DNA of 36,476 bases from positions 1 through 36,476 of the forward strand of contig CAZMBU010000001.1 of assembly GCA_964564565.1 (NCBI GenBank), given 5' to 3'. The notes under the pieces were generated by a model that did no database searches, had not been told where the DNA came from, and saw only the letters and a program-made list of their open reading frames with translations. This DNA comes from an uncultured Dehalococcoidia bacterium. GTDB taxonomy: Bacteria > Chloroflexota > Dehalococcoidia > Lucifugimonadales > GCA-002694895. A program made the position numbers and the translations under genes. Numbering within the stretch: position 1 is the first letter of the stretch; every line of letters starts with the position of its first letter. Below are positions 9,711 through 20,114 of the stretch, in pieces.

Positions 9711-12383
9711 ATGAAAATTCCTGTTTCATGGATAAAAGAATATATTAAATATAATGTCAGTAATGAAAAAATTGCTGAATTACTGACTATGTCAGGAACA
9801 GAAGTTTCCAACATTATAAAATTCGGAAATGAATGGGATTCCAATATTATAATAGGTGAAATTAAAAAAATTGATAAACACCCAAACGCAGACAGGTTAT
9901 CTTTAGTTGATGTAGATAATTCACAAAATATAGTTAAAGTTGTATGCGGAGCCCCGAATATTCAAGTTGGTCAAAAAATTGCTTTAGCACAACCAGGTGC
10001 AAAACTTTATAATCCTTATGAGAAAAAAATATCTGTTCTTAAAAAAAGTAAAATTCGTGGAATAGAGTCAAACGGAATGATTTGTTCTGCGTTAGAACTA
10101 AATTATTCAGATGATCATGATGGAATATTAATACTAGACCCAAATTTCCAAACAGGTGAATCTTTACATTCATTACTTGCTGAAGACATTTTCGATTTCG
10201 AAATAACACCAAACAGAGCAGACTGTTTATCTATAATTGGAATTTTTGGAGAAATTGCATCTATATTAAAAGCACAAAAGATATATCACAAAATAATTAA
10301 ATGGCCTGATCTTTTTCCAGATTTAAACAGGAATAATTTTATTGATGAAATGGAAAAAGAGATTGAAAAAAATTCTAATGGCCCAATAATCTATTCCGAT
10401 ATATTTAAAGATTATAAATCTCTGCTAGCTAATTATTCACATAAGATTGCAATCAAATATGGAGATATGTCACATAAATATCAAGAGCTAAATCCTGATT
10501 TAGGATATAAAGGAATATCAATAAAATCAAAACAACAAGAAAACTTTACAATCAAAATAAGTGACAATGATTGCAATAGATATTCAGGCATATCAATAAA
10601 TTCAATAAATATCAACAAATCTCCTTTTTGGATAAAAGATAAATTAATAAAATCAGGACTTCGTCCAATAAGTAACATTGTTGATATCACTAACTTTGTT
10701 ATGCTCGAATTCGGGCAACCCATGCATGCTTTTGATCTGTCAAAAATCAAAACAAATAAAATTGAAATTAAAAAAAGTACTAACAATCAATCTTTCCTTG
10801 GGCTTGATCAGGAAAAAAGAGAACTAAGCAATGAAATGCTAACAATTACAGATGGCAAAAATCCAATCGGGTTAGCTGGAATAATTGGAGGTGAAAATTC
10901 AGAAATTGATCAAAATACAACTAATATTTTCCTAGAATCTGCCTCATTTAACATGGCTAACATACGACAAACATCCAAAGATCTCAATTTATCTACTGAT
11001 GCTTCATATAGATTTGAAAGAGGAGTTGCAAATCAATTTACTGTACCTGCTATTAAAAGAGCTATGGAATTAATTCAAAAAACTAATGATACTAATATAG
11101 AAATCCAAGGATTTTGGGATGAGGTAAATCCTTCAATAGTACCTGAGATTATCGGTTTGATAAAAAATGGGCCAAAAAAAATCACTAGTTTTAGTAGTAA
11201 AAGATACAAGAAAATTATAGGCGAAAATGTTACTCGTTCCAAAGCAAAATCAATATTTCAATCCTTAGGTTTTAAGCCAGTAAAAGAACTAGGATTAAGA
11301 AATAATGAATATGCAATCGATCTTTTAATTCCTTTTTGGAGAAATGATATTGAATTAGAAGACGATTTAATAGAAGAAATTGCCAGAATAATTGGATATG
11401 ACAACCTTAGCTCTACTCCAATGTTATATCCTGAAAACAATGTTCCTCTTGATAACAACATTGAAGCAAGAAATGATTTACGTTCTGAAATGAAATCAAT
11501 GGGATATTTAGAAGTTATAAATTACCCTGTTATCAATAATACGCAATTCAATTCTACAACCAACGAAAATATTGGTGATCCAATTGAATTACAAAACCCT
11601 ACTAATCAAAAAAATAAATTTATGAGACCTAATTTAAGAGCAGGTCTAATAGATAATTTATCAAAAAACTCAAAAAATTATTCTGAAATTGAATCATGGA
11701 AGTTTTATGAATTAGGAAGAACTTACATCTCTGAAATTAATTCAAAATTTAAACTACCTATTCAAAATTATTCTCTGGGGATAATCGCAGCAGGTAATTA
11801 CGAAAATAAAAATTGGGCGAATGATCCATCAAAACTAAATTTTTATATACTGAAAAGCCATGTAGAAAAATTATTACACAACTTAAAAATAGAATTTAAT
11901 TTTTCTCAAAATGAAAACACAGATTTTTACTCGAATAAATCTGCCAATATAATTTCAAATAATAAAATTGTAGGAAGTATTGGATTTATCAATGAAAAAA
12001 AATTAACAGAATTAAACTCTAAAATTAAAGATGTACTATATGCAGAATTAAACTTAGATAATTTATTGAATAATAATAATCAAATTAATAAATATCAAAA
12101 AACAAGCGCATATCCACAAGCTATAAGAGATTTATCTTTAAGAGTAGATAAAAACATATTGTCTGATCAAATATCAGATATAATTAAAGAAAATCCTTTA
12201 GTAACTGATTTAAATGTCATTGATGTTTATAATGATTTGGAACCTGAAAAAAAATCTATTACATTCAGAATTACTTTTCAGAGTTTTAATGAAACTCTTA
12301 ACAATAATAAGATTGACGAATCACAAAATAAAATATTAAAAAAATTAAAAAAATTATTAAATATTGAATTAAGAAAAATATAA
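9711..12383 (+). CDS. pheT: Phenylalanine--tRNA ligase beta subunit
   Basis: 890 aa. B1 and tRNA-binding OB domain (KHPNADRLSLVDVD...VCGAPN), ITPNRADCLS, B3_4 (VDITNFVMLEFGQPMHAFDL), B5, a catalytic-like domain and a C-terminal FDX-ACB-like domain. It is longer than the usual ~800 aa. Confidence 0.93.
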   Translation: MKIPVSWIKEYIKYNVSNEKIAELLTMSGTEVSNIIKFGNEWDSNIIIGEIKKIDKHPNADRLSLVDVDNSQNIVKVVCGAPNIQVGQKIALAQPGAKLYNPYEKKISVLKKSKIRGIESNGMICSALELNYSDDHDGILILDPNFQTGESLHSLLAEDIFDFEITPNRADCLSIIGIFGEIASILKAQKIYHKIIKWPDLFPDLNRNNFIDEMEKEIEKNSNGPIIYSDIFKDYKSLLANYSHKIAIKYGDMSHKYQELNPDLGYKGISIKSKQQENFTIKISDNDCNRYSGISINSININKSPFWIKDKLIKSGLRPISNIVDITNFVMLEFGQPMHAFDLSKIKTNKIEIKKSTNNQSFLGLDQEKRELSNEMLTITDGKNPIGLAGIIGGENSEIDQNTTNIFLESASFNMANIRQTSKDLNLSTDASYRFERGVANQFTVPAIKRAMELIQKTNDTNIEIQGFWDEVNPSIVPEIIGLIKNGPKKITSFSSKRYKKIIGENVTRSKAKSIFQSLGFKPVKELGLRNNEYAIDLLIPFWRNDIELEDDLIEEIARIIGYDNLSSTPMLYPENNVPLDNNIEARNDLRSEMKSMGYLEVINYPVINNTQFNSTTNENIGDPIELQNPTNQKNKFMRPNLRAGLIDNLSKNSKNYSEIESWKFYELGRTYISEINSKFKLPIQNYSLGIIAAGNYENKNWANDPSKLNFYILKSHVEKLLHNLKIEFNFSQNENTDFYSNKSANIISNNKIVGSIGFINEKKLTELNSKIKDVLYAELNLDNLLNNNNQINKYQKTSAYPQAIRDLSLRVDKNILSDQISDIIKENPLVTDLNVIDVYNDLEPEKKSITFRITFQSFNETLNNNKIDESQNKILKKLKKLLNIELRKI

Positions 12384-12385
12384 TT

Positions 12386-13627
12386 ATGAAATCAGTAGAA
12401 GATGCAAAAAATATAATTTTTGAATCTACAAAGAAATTAAAATCAGAAAATGTAGATCTTATAGATTCTTTAGATAGAATAGCTTATGAAGATATTACAA
12501 CAAATATTAACCTTCCAAGATGGGATAACTCATCTATGGATGGATATGCATTGATAATATCAGATGACTCAAATGAAAATTCTTCACAAAAACTAGAAGT
12601 TATAGGAGAGCTATATCCCGGGGATGATTTTATACCAAAAATTAAAGAAAACACAGCAATAAAAATTATGACGGGAGCTCCAATTCCTCTTGGTGCAAAC
12701 TGCGTTATTCCCAAAGAAGATATAACTTTAATTAAATCCAATAATAAATCGCCTGCTTATATTTTATTTGAAAAAAAAATAAATATCGGAGACAACATAC
12801 GTAAAAAAGGGAGTGATTTCAATAGTGGAGAATCAATTCTCTCAAAAGGAAAAAGAATAAGATCATTTGACGTGGCTAAATTAGCTGCAAATGGAATAAA
12901 TAAAATAAAAGTTTACAAAAAACCCATAGTCAGCATAATTTCAACAGGAAACGAATTAATTTCCCCTGGTGGTAAATTAAAGCCATTTAATATTTATGAT
13001 TCAAATGCATCAGCAATTGCGTCTCTAGTTAAAAGTACAGGTGGAATCCCAAAAATAATTGGAATAGCTAAAGATGAAATCAGATCAATAGAAGCAATAC
13101 TGAGAGAATCTATCGATAGTGATGTAATTGTCTGCACAGCCGGGGTATCAGTAGGAGATAAAGATTATATAAAAGAAGTTATAAAAGAACACGGCAAAAT
13201 TAACTTTTGGTCTGTGAATATTCAACCTGGCAAACCATTTTTGTATGGTAGCATACAAGGAAGAGGAAAAAATATTCCTTTTTTTGGACTCCCAGGAAAT
13301 CCTGTAAGTACAATAGTTTTGATGATTAAATTTGTTTTGCCATCATTGATAAATATGCAAGGATTGAATAATTATAAACCAAATATTACTTCAGCTATCT
13401 TAAATGATCAAATTGAAAATCATTCTAGAAGAAATATGTTTGCAAGAGTGAGGGTTGAAAGAATAGAAAACCAATTAATTGCAACTCCATATCAAAACAA
13501 TAGTTCACATATACTTTCATCATTTGACAATGCTAATGGATTGGCTAATGTGCCAGAAAATTGTAAAATTCTTAAAAAGGGTGCACAAGTTGAAGTTGAA
13601 ATATTTGATAGTACAAATCTTTTATAA
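12386..13627 (+). CDS. moeA: Molybdopterin molybdenumtransferase MoeA-family protein
   Basis: 413 aa. PRWDNSSMDGYAL, IMTGAPIP, STGNEL, TAGVSVGDKDY and LPGNPVS, the typical MoeA/gephyrin-E motifs. It starts 2 nt after the pheT stop. Confidence 0.85.
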   Translation: MKSVEDAKNIIFESTKKLKSENVDLIDSLDRIAYEDITTNINLPRWDNSSMDGYALIISDDSNENSSQKLEVIGELYPGDDFIPKIKENTAIKIMTGAPIPLGANCVIPKEDITLIKSNNKSPAYILFEKKINIGDNIRKKGSDFNSGESILSKGKRIRSFDVAKLAANGINKIKVYKKPIVSIISTGNELISPGGKLKPFNIYDSNASAIASLVKSTGGIPKIIGIAKDEIRSIEAILRESIDSDVIVCTAGVSVGDKDYIKEVIKEHGKINFWSVNIQPGKPFLYGSIQGRGKNIPFFGLPGNPVSTIVLMIKFVLPSLINMQGLNNYKPNITSAILNDQIENHSRRNMFARVRVERIENQLIATPYQNNSSHILSSFDNANGLANVPENCKILKKGAQVEVEIFDSTNLL

Positions 13628-13836
13628 AAAGGAGAAAAATGAAAACCGAAGATAAAATTAAATATTAAATAAAGTTTAATCATTTAACAGATGATCAAAA
13701 AAAATCTTTATCATTACTATTACATACCAGGATAGAAGATATAAAAAACCAAAATAATAGTAAAGAAACTAATAATGCTGCAGCAAAAATTAATAATATT
13801 GATTCACCAGAAAAACATCTAGAGGAACTTGGGATA

Positions 13837-14085
13837 ATGTACAGAAAATCAGGATCATTTTTAGAACCAAAAACTCCTGTTAAAGAAGCTTTATTTAGAT
13901 TATTTGCTTACAATAATAATAAACCATTAACTATTAAACAAATAAGCAAACAACTATCTGAGTTATGGGAAATGTCTCAATTTCCAAGAGACATTGGTGA
14001 AGAAAAACTTACTGGTTTATTAAAAAATGTTTCAGACTACTATATACAACCATACGGAAGAAAATTTTATATAAAAAAATATTAG
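13837..14085 (+). CDS. Hypothetical small protein, possibly winged-helix-like; the true 5' end is uncertain (see finding)
   Basis: 82-aa ORF with GAGGA about 10 nt upstream of the ATG. The same frame is open back to a TAA at 13666-13668. No family recognised with confidence. Confidence 0.45.
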   Translation: MYRKSGSFLEPKTPVKEALFRLFAYNNNKPLTIKQISKQLSELWEMSQFPRDIGEEKLTGLLKNVSDYYIQPYGRKFYIKKY

Positions 14086-14103
14086 ACCAAATAGACACAT
14101 TTA

Positions 14104-14991
14104 ATGGAAGAAATAATCAAATTTACAAATAAAAATCTCGATATCAAAGGGGATTTGATTGCAATTTCAACATTAAGGCCTTGGATAAATGCAGGAAGAG
14201 TAGGTTCTATTGCATTAAATAAATTAAAGAATATTACAGATGCAAAACTCGTAGGTTCATTAAAAAACCCTGGTTCGTTTTTTGATTTTACTAGATACAG
14301 ACCTAGATTCAAATATACTAAAAATAAAAGAAAATTAATAATCCCAAATCTAGAAATCAGTTTTGGGAATCATAGAAATAAAGACATTTCATTTCTATTT
14401 ATTGACATAAGAGAACCTCATTACAATGCTGAGTTATTAATAAAAAATTTATTTAAAGTATTTAAAGATTTAAATATAAAAGAATATTGCAGAATTGGAA
14501 GCATGTATGACTCTGTCCCTCATACCAGGCCATTAATAGTAAGTGGTTCTAATTTAAAAAAATCTAAATTGATTAGAACGTCAAATAACAAATACCAAGG
14601 ACCAACAAGTATTATTAATTTATTATCTGAAAAATTATCAAAAATTAATATTGAAACTTCAAATTTAATGGTCCATATCCCTCAATATATACAGCTTGAT
14701 AATGATTATTTTGCTTCTGCTAAAATATTAGAATGTTTATCAGAAATCTACGAATTAGATGCTTCAATAGCAGACAATTCATTTGGAGAAACTCAGTATA
14801 AGGATTTTACAGAATCACTAAAATTTAACCCTGAATTGAATAAATTAGTATCTGCATTAGAAAAATATTACGATTCTAATTTTTCAAAACCAAACAAAGA
14901 GTTATCTGATGAAAATTCTGATGAAAATTCTCCTATGTCTGATGATTTAGAAGACTTTTTAGATAGTATGTCATCAAAATTTGAAGAATAA
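14104..14991 (+). CDS. PAC2-family (proteasome assembly chaperone 2-like) protein
   Basis: 295 aa. The motif order resembles bacterial PAC2 proteins as I recall them: LIAISTLRPWINAGRVG, DFTRYRPRF, FLFIDIREPHYNA, SMYDSVPHTRPLIVSGS and MVHIPQYI, with an acidic C-terminal tail. By-eye similarity only. Confidence 0.7.
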   Translation: MEEIIKFTNKNLDIKGDLIAISTLRPWINAGRVGSIALNKLKNITDAKLVGSLKNPGSFFDFTRYRPRFKYTKNKRKLIIPNLEISFGNHRNKDISFLFIDIREPHYNAELLIKNLFKVFKDLNIKEYCRIGSMYDSVPHTRPLIVSGSNLKKSKLIRTSNNKYQGPTSIINLLSEKLSKINIETSNLMVHIPQYIQLDNDYFASAKILECLSEIYELDASIADNSFGETQYKDFTESLKFNPELNKLVSALEKYYDSNFSKPNKELSDENSDENSPMSDDLEDFLDSMSSKFEE

Positions 14992-14999
14992 TTTATAAA

Positions 15000-15071
15000 C
15001 GGGGTGTGGCGCAGTGGTAGCGCGCCTGTTTTGGGAACAGGAGGTCGTCGGTTCAACCCCGACCACCCCGA
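15000..15071 (+). tRNA. tRNA-Pro (anticodon UGG)
   Basis: A 72-nt cloverleaf folds by hand. Acceptor CGGGGTG/CACCCCG; D arm GCGC-AGTGGTA-GCGC; anticodon arm CCTGT-TTTGGGA-ACAGG (anticodon TGG); variable loop AGGTC; T arm GTCGG-TTCAACC-CCGAC; discriminator A. CCA is not encoded. Confidence 0.93.
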
Positions 15072-15092
15072 TACTAAATAAAAAATAATGAA

Positions 15093-15968
15093 TTATTGAG
15101 ATAAAAAACTTTCCAATACTTTAAAATAATTTTCAGGTTCTTCGTAAAAAGGCATATGAGAACTATTTTTAAATACACTCACCTTTGAATCGGGCAAGGA
15201 ATTATCCATTCTCATAGCACAAGACGGGGTTAATTCATCATGCATTCCAACTGTTATAAGCGTGGGAATATTAATTGTTTTCATTTCTTCGATCCTATTC
15301 CAATCTTTTAAATTCCCTGTATACAAAAACTCATTTGGCCCTTGCATAGTACCATAAACATCCATATTCCAATCATCTAATGAATCATGAATTGATTGTG
15401 GCCAAACATCTAATCTGCAAACATGACGATAATTTAAAATAGTGATCGCGGCCTGATATTCTTCATGATCTAAAGTTCCTTCAGCTTCATGTTTTATCAT
15501 CATTTTAACAGTTTCATTACCTAAACCATTCCGTAATCTGTTAAGCTCATCTATCATATGCGGCATATCGCCACAAGTATTTTCTAATATTAATTTATTT
15601 ATATTATTTTGATACTTGATGGCATATTCTATGCCAAGCCATCCTCCCCAAGAATGTCCTAATAGAATAATTTTTCCTAAATCAAATTCTTTTCTTACAA
15701 ATTCAACTTCTTCCACATATCTAGCTATATTCCAAAGATTAAAATCTTTTGGTTTACTTGATTTGCCACAACCTAATTGATCATATGTAAAAACTCTAAA
15801 TCCATTTTTTATTAATTTAAGATGAGGATCTCTTAAATAATTACAGGGTAATCCAGGGCCTCCATTCAATAAAAATATTGTGTTTTCATTTTTATTTATT
15901 CCTGAATCATAACAAACAAGGTTATAATCATTATATTTTAAATGTATTTCTTTATAATCTGAGCTCAT
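15093..15968 (-). CDS. Alpha/beta hydrolase, proline iminopeptidase family
   Basis: 291 aa. LNGGPGLP oxyanion region, nucleophile elbow GHSWGG, and C-terminal ...GMHDE...SSHMPFYEEPE, typical of prolyl aminopeptidase / tricorn F1-like enzymes. Confidence 0.8.
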   Translation of the reverse strand: MSSDYKEIHLKYNDYNLVCYDSGINKNENTIFLLNGGPGLPCNYLRDPHLKLIKNGFRVFTYDQLGCGKSSKPKDFNLWNIARYVEEVEFVRKEFDLGKIILLGHSWGGWLGIEYAIKYQNNINKLILENTCGDMPHMIDELNRLRNGLGNETVKMMIKHEAEGTLDHEEYQAAITILNYRHVCRLDVWPQSIHDSLDDWNMDVYGTMQGPNEFLYTGNLKDWNRIEEMKTINIPTLITVGMHDELTPSCAMRMDNSLPDSKVSVFKNSSHMPFYEEPENYFKVLESFLSQ

Positions 15969-15977
15969 ATAAGAAAA

Positions 15978-18455
15978 TTATTTATCATCAGATAAAGATT
16001 TAACGCAAACAAAACATGAAACCATGTCACCCTTATTTACATTCATTATCTTGTTACCACCTGTATTCCTGCCAGATGTTTCTTTCATTTCAGACATTGG
16101 ATTAACCATTAGTGTACCTTTATCTGAAATTATATATATAAAATCTGTATCATCAGGAATAATTTCTGCGTGTGCAACCTTGTCAGTACTTTTTAATTTA
16201 AATGTTTTTACACCGCTACCTGCTCTTTTTTGAATCCTATAAATAGGTTCACTTCCGTCAGCTTTGTTAAGCCTAGTCATTTTCCCTTTACCTTGCCTGC
16301 TAATTACAAAAAGCTTATCCTCAGGCAAGCCAACATCCATAGCAACTACATAATCATTCCCTTTTAATCTTATACCTCTTACTCCTGCTGCATTTCTACC
16401 TAATTCTCTCAAATCAGAATTAGGAAACCTTATAGACATTCCATCTGATGTAATAATCATAATATCTTCATTAGGTTCTAAAATTTTCACATTTACCAAC
16501 TCATCATCTTCTGCCATATTAATAACTTTTAATCCAGATTTCCTTATGTTGGATATATGGCTAATTTTTAATTTTTTGACAGTACCTTTCTTAGTTACAA
16601 ATATTAAAAACGAATCAAGATAATCTTTTAAATTGCCAGCAGAAATCATTGATGTAATTTTTTCATTTAATCCATCAATTTGAATTAAATTTAAAATAGG
16701 AACACCTCTTGTATTTCGATTCGTGTCTGGTCTTAATTCATATGTATTAAGAGAGAAAACTCTCCCTTTATTAGTAAAAAATAATAAAATATCATGAGTA
16801 TCTACAACTAAAAGCTGCTTCATCGGATCATCTTCTCTTAGTGATTGAGCGCTGCTACCTCTGCCTCCGGCATGTTGTGATTGATATGTTTTAGATGGAA
16901 TTCTTTTAATATATTGCCCTGAACTTAGAGTAACTACCACATTCTCATGCGGTTCCAAAGCCGCCCTGTCAAAAGATCCTTCTTCTTTAATTATTTTTGT
17001 TAATCGTTTTTTAACAAATCTAGCTGATACTTCATCTGTTTCTTCTTTAACAATTGCAAGCCTTTGCGATTTATCATTAATTAAAGCTTCCAATTCTTTA
17101 ATTCTAATCTCTAATTCTTTATGTTCATTTTTTATTTTTTCTGTCTCTAATGCAGCCAATCTTCTTAATTGCATTTCTAAAATTGCTTTTGCCTGAATTT
17201 GAGTTAAATCAAATTCATTAATTAAATTCTTAGTAGCTGATTCAGAGTCATCAGAATTTCTAATTGTACTTATAATTTTATCTATATCACTTAATGCAAT
17301 TAATAGGCCATCTAAAATATGAATCCTGTTTTTAGCATTTTTTAACTCGAATTTTGATCTTCTGTTAACTACTTCTTCTCTGAATTCAATAAAACCTACT
17401 AAAGCTTGTCTAAGAGTTAAGACTTTAGGCAAACCTTTATCAAGTGCAACCATATTTACAGCAAAACTGGTTTGCATTGGAGTAAATTTATATAAATTAT
17501 TTAACACAACCATAGGTTGCGAACCTCTTTTTAATTCAATTACAACTCTAATTCCATTTCTATCAGACTCATCTCTTATTTCTGAAATTCCGTCAACTTT
17601 TTTATCTCTAGATAATTCTGCTATTTTTTCAACCAAAGCAGCTTTATTTACCTGATAAGGCAATTCGCTAATTAAAATTCTAAATCTATCACCTTTATTA
17701 TTTTCTTCAATTTCTGCAACAGCACGCATCATAACGCTTCCTCGTCCGGTCAAATATGCTGAATGAATACCCTCTTTTCCAAGTATTAAGGCTCCAGTTG
17801 GAAAATCAGGGCCTTTTACAATTCGTAAAATTTCACTATCTTCACATAAAGGATTATCAATCAAATAATTGACAGCTTCACATATTTCTGCCGGATTGTG
17901 CGGAGGTATGTTAGTAGCCATGCCAACAGCAATTCCTGATCCTCCATTTATTAACAAATTGGGCAACCGGGCAGGAAGAACAATAGGTTCTTTCAATGAA
18001 CCATCAAAATTTTCTTCAAAATCTACAGTTTCTTCATGTAAATTTGCCAACATTTCTTCTGCAATAGGGCTTAATCGAGCTTCTGTATATCTCATTGCTG
18101 CTGGAGGGTCATTATCAATACTACCATAATTTCCTTGCCCATCAATTAACATTGCTCGCAATGAAAAATCCTGCGCCATTCTTACCATTGAATCATAAAC
18201 AGCAGTATCACTATGAGGATGATATTTTCCTAAAACTTCTCCTACAATTCTTGCACTTTTATAATACGAGGAAGTCGGCCTCGCGCCTATATCTTGCATT
18301 GCGTATAAAATTCTTCTATGCACTGGTTTTAATCCGTCTCTTAGGTCTGGCAATGCTCTGGAAACAATCACACTCATAGCATAATCTAAATATGACTTCT
18401 CCATCTCATTTTTAATCTCTGCATCAATTATTGTTAATTTAGATTTTTTCTCCAA
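15978..18455 (-). CDS. gyrA: DNA gyrase subunit A
   Basis: 825 aa. [34 protein letters not shown], active-site Tyr context [10 protein letters not shown], and a GyrA-box-like QHAGGRG at the start of the beta-pinwheel CTD. Confidence 0.95.
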   Translation of the reverse strand: MEKKSKLTIIDAEIKNEMEKSYLDYAMSVIVSRALPDLRDGLKPVHRRILYAMQDIGARPTSSYYKSARIVGEVLGKYHPHSDTAVYDSMVRMAQDFSLRAMLIDGQGNYGSIDNDPPAAMRYTEARLSPIAEEMLANLHEETVDFEENFDGSLKEPIVLPARLPNLLINGGSGIAVGMATNIPPHNPAEICEAVNYLIDNPLCEDSEILRIVKGPDFPTGALILGKEGIHSAYLTGRGSVMMRAVAEIEENNKGDRFRILISELPYQVNKAALVEKIAELSRDKKVDGISEIRDESDRNGIRVVIELKRGSQPMVVLNNLYKFTPMQTSFAVNMVALDKGLPKVLTLRQALVGFIEFREEVVNRRSKFELKNAKNRIHILDGLLIALSDIDKIISTIRNSDDSESATKNLINEFDLTQIQAKAILEMQLRRLAALETEKIKNEHKELEIRIKELEALINDKSQRLAIVKEETDEVSARFVKKRLTKIIKEEGSFDRAALEPHENVVVTLSSGQYIKRIPSKTYQSQHAGGRGSSAQSLREDDPMKQLLVVDTHDILLFFTNKGRVFSLNTYELRPDTNRNTRGVPILNLIQIDGLNEKITSMISAGNLKDYLDSFLIFVTKKGTVKKLKISHISNIRKSGLKVINMAEDDELVNVKILEPNEDIMIITSDGMSIRFPNSDLRELGRNAAGVRGIRLKGNDYVVAMDVGLPEDKLFVISRQGKGKMTRLNKADGSEPIYRIQKRAGSGVKTFKLKSTDKVAHAEIIPDDTDFIYIISDKGTLMVNPMSEMKETSGRNTGGNKIMNVNKGDMVSCFVCVKSLSDDK

Positions 18456-18467
18456 AACTATCTCCTG

Positions 18468-20114
18468 TTAAGTAATTTTACTTTCTTTTTCATTATTTAT
18501 TTTATTTGACTTAGAATTCTTGTCATTTAAAGCAGCTTTAACGAATTCAACAAACAATGGATGGGGATTTAAAGGAGTTGATAAAAATTCCGGATGAAAT
18601 TGGACTCCTATCATAAATGGATGATTGTTATACTCCATGATTTCTACCAAATCTCCTTCAGGATGAATTCCAGAAGGTATCAACTCTACATTTTTTAATT
18701 CTTCTACATATTTATTATTAACTTCGTATCTATGTCTATGTCTTTCTTTTATTTTGTTCTGTTTATATATTTTTTTAGTATAAGTAGAATCAGCAATATT
18801 ACATTCATATAATCCAAGCCTCATAGAACCACCTTTATGCAAACTCTTTAATTGCTCTGGCATCAAATCTATAACAGGAAAAGGTGTAGTTTCATCAAAT
18901 TCCGTAGAATTCGCATCTTCATATCCCAATAAATTTCTAGCCGCCTCTATAACCATAATTTGCATACCCAAACATAATCCAAAATACGGGATTTTATTTT
19001 CACGAGCATATCTGCAGGCATTTATCATTCCTTGAGTGCCTCTTTTATCGAAACCTCCTGGGACAATAATTCCCTTTATGTCATTAAAAATATCATTTAT
19101 ATTATTTGAGTTAATTTCCTCTGAATTAATCCATTCAATTTGAATTTCTGAATTATTGCTAATCCCGGCATGAATTAATGATTCTTTAACAGACAAATAT
19201 GAATCTTGTAATTCCACATATTTCCCAACTATGGCTAATTTTATTGTATTTTTTGAATTATTTGCTTTAGATATTACTGAAATCCACTCATCTAAATGTC
19301 CGTTTTCATCATTTAAACTTAAATTTTGTGATAAAAGTTTACCCAGGTTCTCTTCTTCTAATCTAACCGGAACTTCATATACAGAATCCAAAGTAGGTAA
19401 GGAAATCACAGCTTCTAACGATACATCGCAAAACATTGAAATTTTTTCTTTTATTTTTTCAGATACATCAAATTCACTTCTACATATAATTGAATCAGGG
19501 TGAATACCAATACTTCTAAGTTCACGTACGCTATGTTGGGTTGGTTTTGTTTTTAATTCTCCTGTTGTATTTATAAATGGTAAGTATGTTACATGTATAT
19601 AAAAGCAATTTTCTTTACCAACAAAATTTGGAATTTGTCTAATAGATTCTAAAAATGGTAGTCCTTCTATATCTCCTACAGTTCCTCCAACTTCAGCAAC
19701 AATGATATCTGAATTTGAACTTTCAGATAGTTGGATAATTCTATCTTTGATTTCATTAGTGACATGAGGTACTACTTGAATAGTTCGGCCTAAAAAATCC
19801 CCTCTTCTTTCTTTATCTATTACTTTTTTATAAATCTGCCCGGCTGTGAGGCTAGATAAACCATCTAATCTTGTTTCAGTAAATCTCTCATAATGACCCA
19901 AATCCAAATCTGTTTCTGCTCCGTCGTCAGTAACAAATACTTCCCCATGCTGATATGGAGACATTGTGCCAGGATCTACATTTAAATATGGATCTAATTT
20001 CATTAAGGATACACTTAATCCCCTGCTTTTTAACATACGCCCAATGGAAGCAACACAAATCCCTTTTCCAACTGAACTAACTACTCCTCCTGTAACAAAT
20101 ATAAATTTCTGCAT
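18468..20114 (-). CDS. pyrG: CTP synthase
   Basis: 548 aa. MQKFIFVTGGVVSSVGKG, HGEVFVTDDGAETDLDLGHYERF, a GATase domain with GLCLGMQ catalytic Cys, and QFHPEF. Confidence 0.95.
   Translation of the reverse strand: MQKFIFVTGGVVSSVGKGICVASIGRMLKSRGLSVSLMKLDPYLNVDPGTMSPYQHGEVFVTDDGAETDLDLGHYERFTETRLDGLSSLTAGQIYKKVIDKERRGDFLGRTIQVVPHVTNEIKDRIIQLSESSNSDIIVAEVGGTVGDIEGLPFLESIRQIPNFVGKENCFYIHVTYLPFINTTGELKTKPTQHSVRELRSIGIHPDSIICRSEFDVSEKIKEKISMFCDVSLEAVISLPTLDSVYEVPVRLEEENLGKLLSQNLSLNDENGHLDEWISVISKANNSKNTIKLAIVGKYVELQDSYLSVKESLIHAGISNNSEIQIEWINSEEINSNNINDIFNDIKGIIVPGGFDKRGTQGMINACRYARENKIPYFGLCLGMQIMVIEAARNLLGYEDANSTEFDETTPFPVIDLMPEQLKSLHKGGSMRLGLYECNIADSTYTKKIYKQNKIKERHRHRYEVNNKYVEELKNVELIPSGIHPEGDLVEIMEYNNHPFMIGVQFHPEFLSTPLNPHPLFVEFVKAALNDKNSKSNKINNEKESKIT

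Noticed and set aside
12383-13627. moeA tightly coupled to pheST as a hint of a molybdenum-cofactor gene cluster.
   Set aside because: No other Moco genes (moaA/B/C/D/E, mobA, modABC) are in the window. It looks like operon compaction in a streamlined genome rather than a functional module.
14908-14931. A perfect 12-bp tandem duplication, GATGAAAATTCT x2.
   Set aside because: It encodes DENS-DENS in the low-complexity acidic tail of the PAC2 protein. It is probably slippage in a disordered region and carries no independent signal.
14868-15056. A 62-aa minus-strand ORF between the PAC2 gene and the hydrolase gene.
   Set aside because: It overlaps the PAC2 3' end and the whole tRNA-Pro gene. 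The tRNA cloverleaf explains the GC-rich sequence.
15000-15968. tRNA-Pro as a possible integration hotspot for a genomic island, and the apparent functional link between tRNA-Pro and the adjacent proline iminopeptidase gene.
   Set aside because: There is no integrase, no direct repeat of the tRNA 3' end and no compositional shift downstream. The flanking genes (pip-like, gyrA, pyrG) are core genes in a tight operon. The Pro/Pro adjacency is most simply coincidence.
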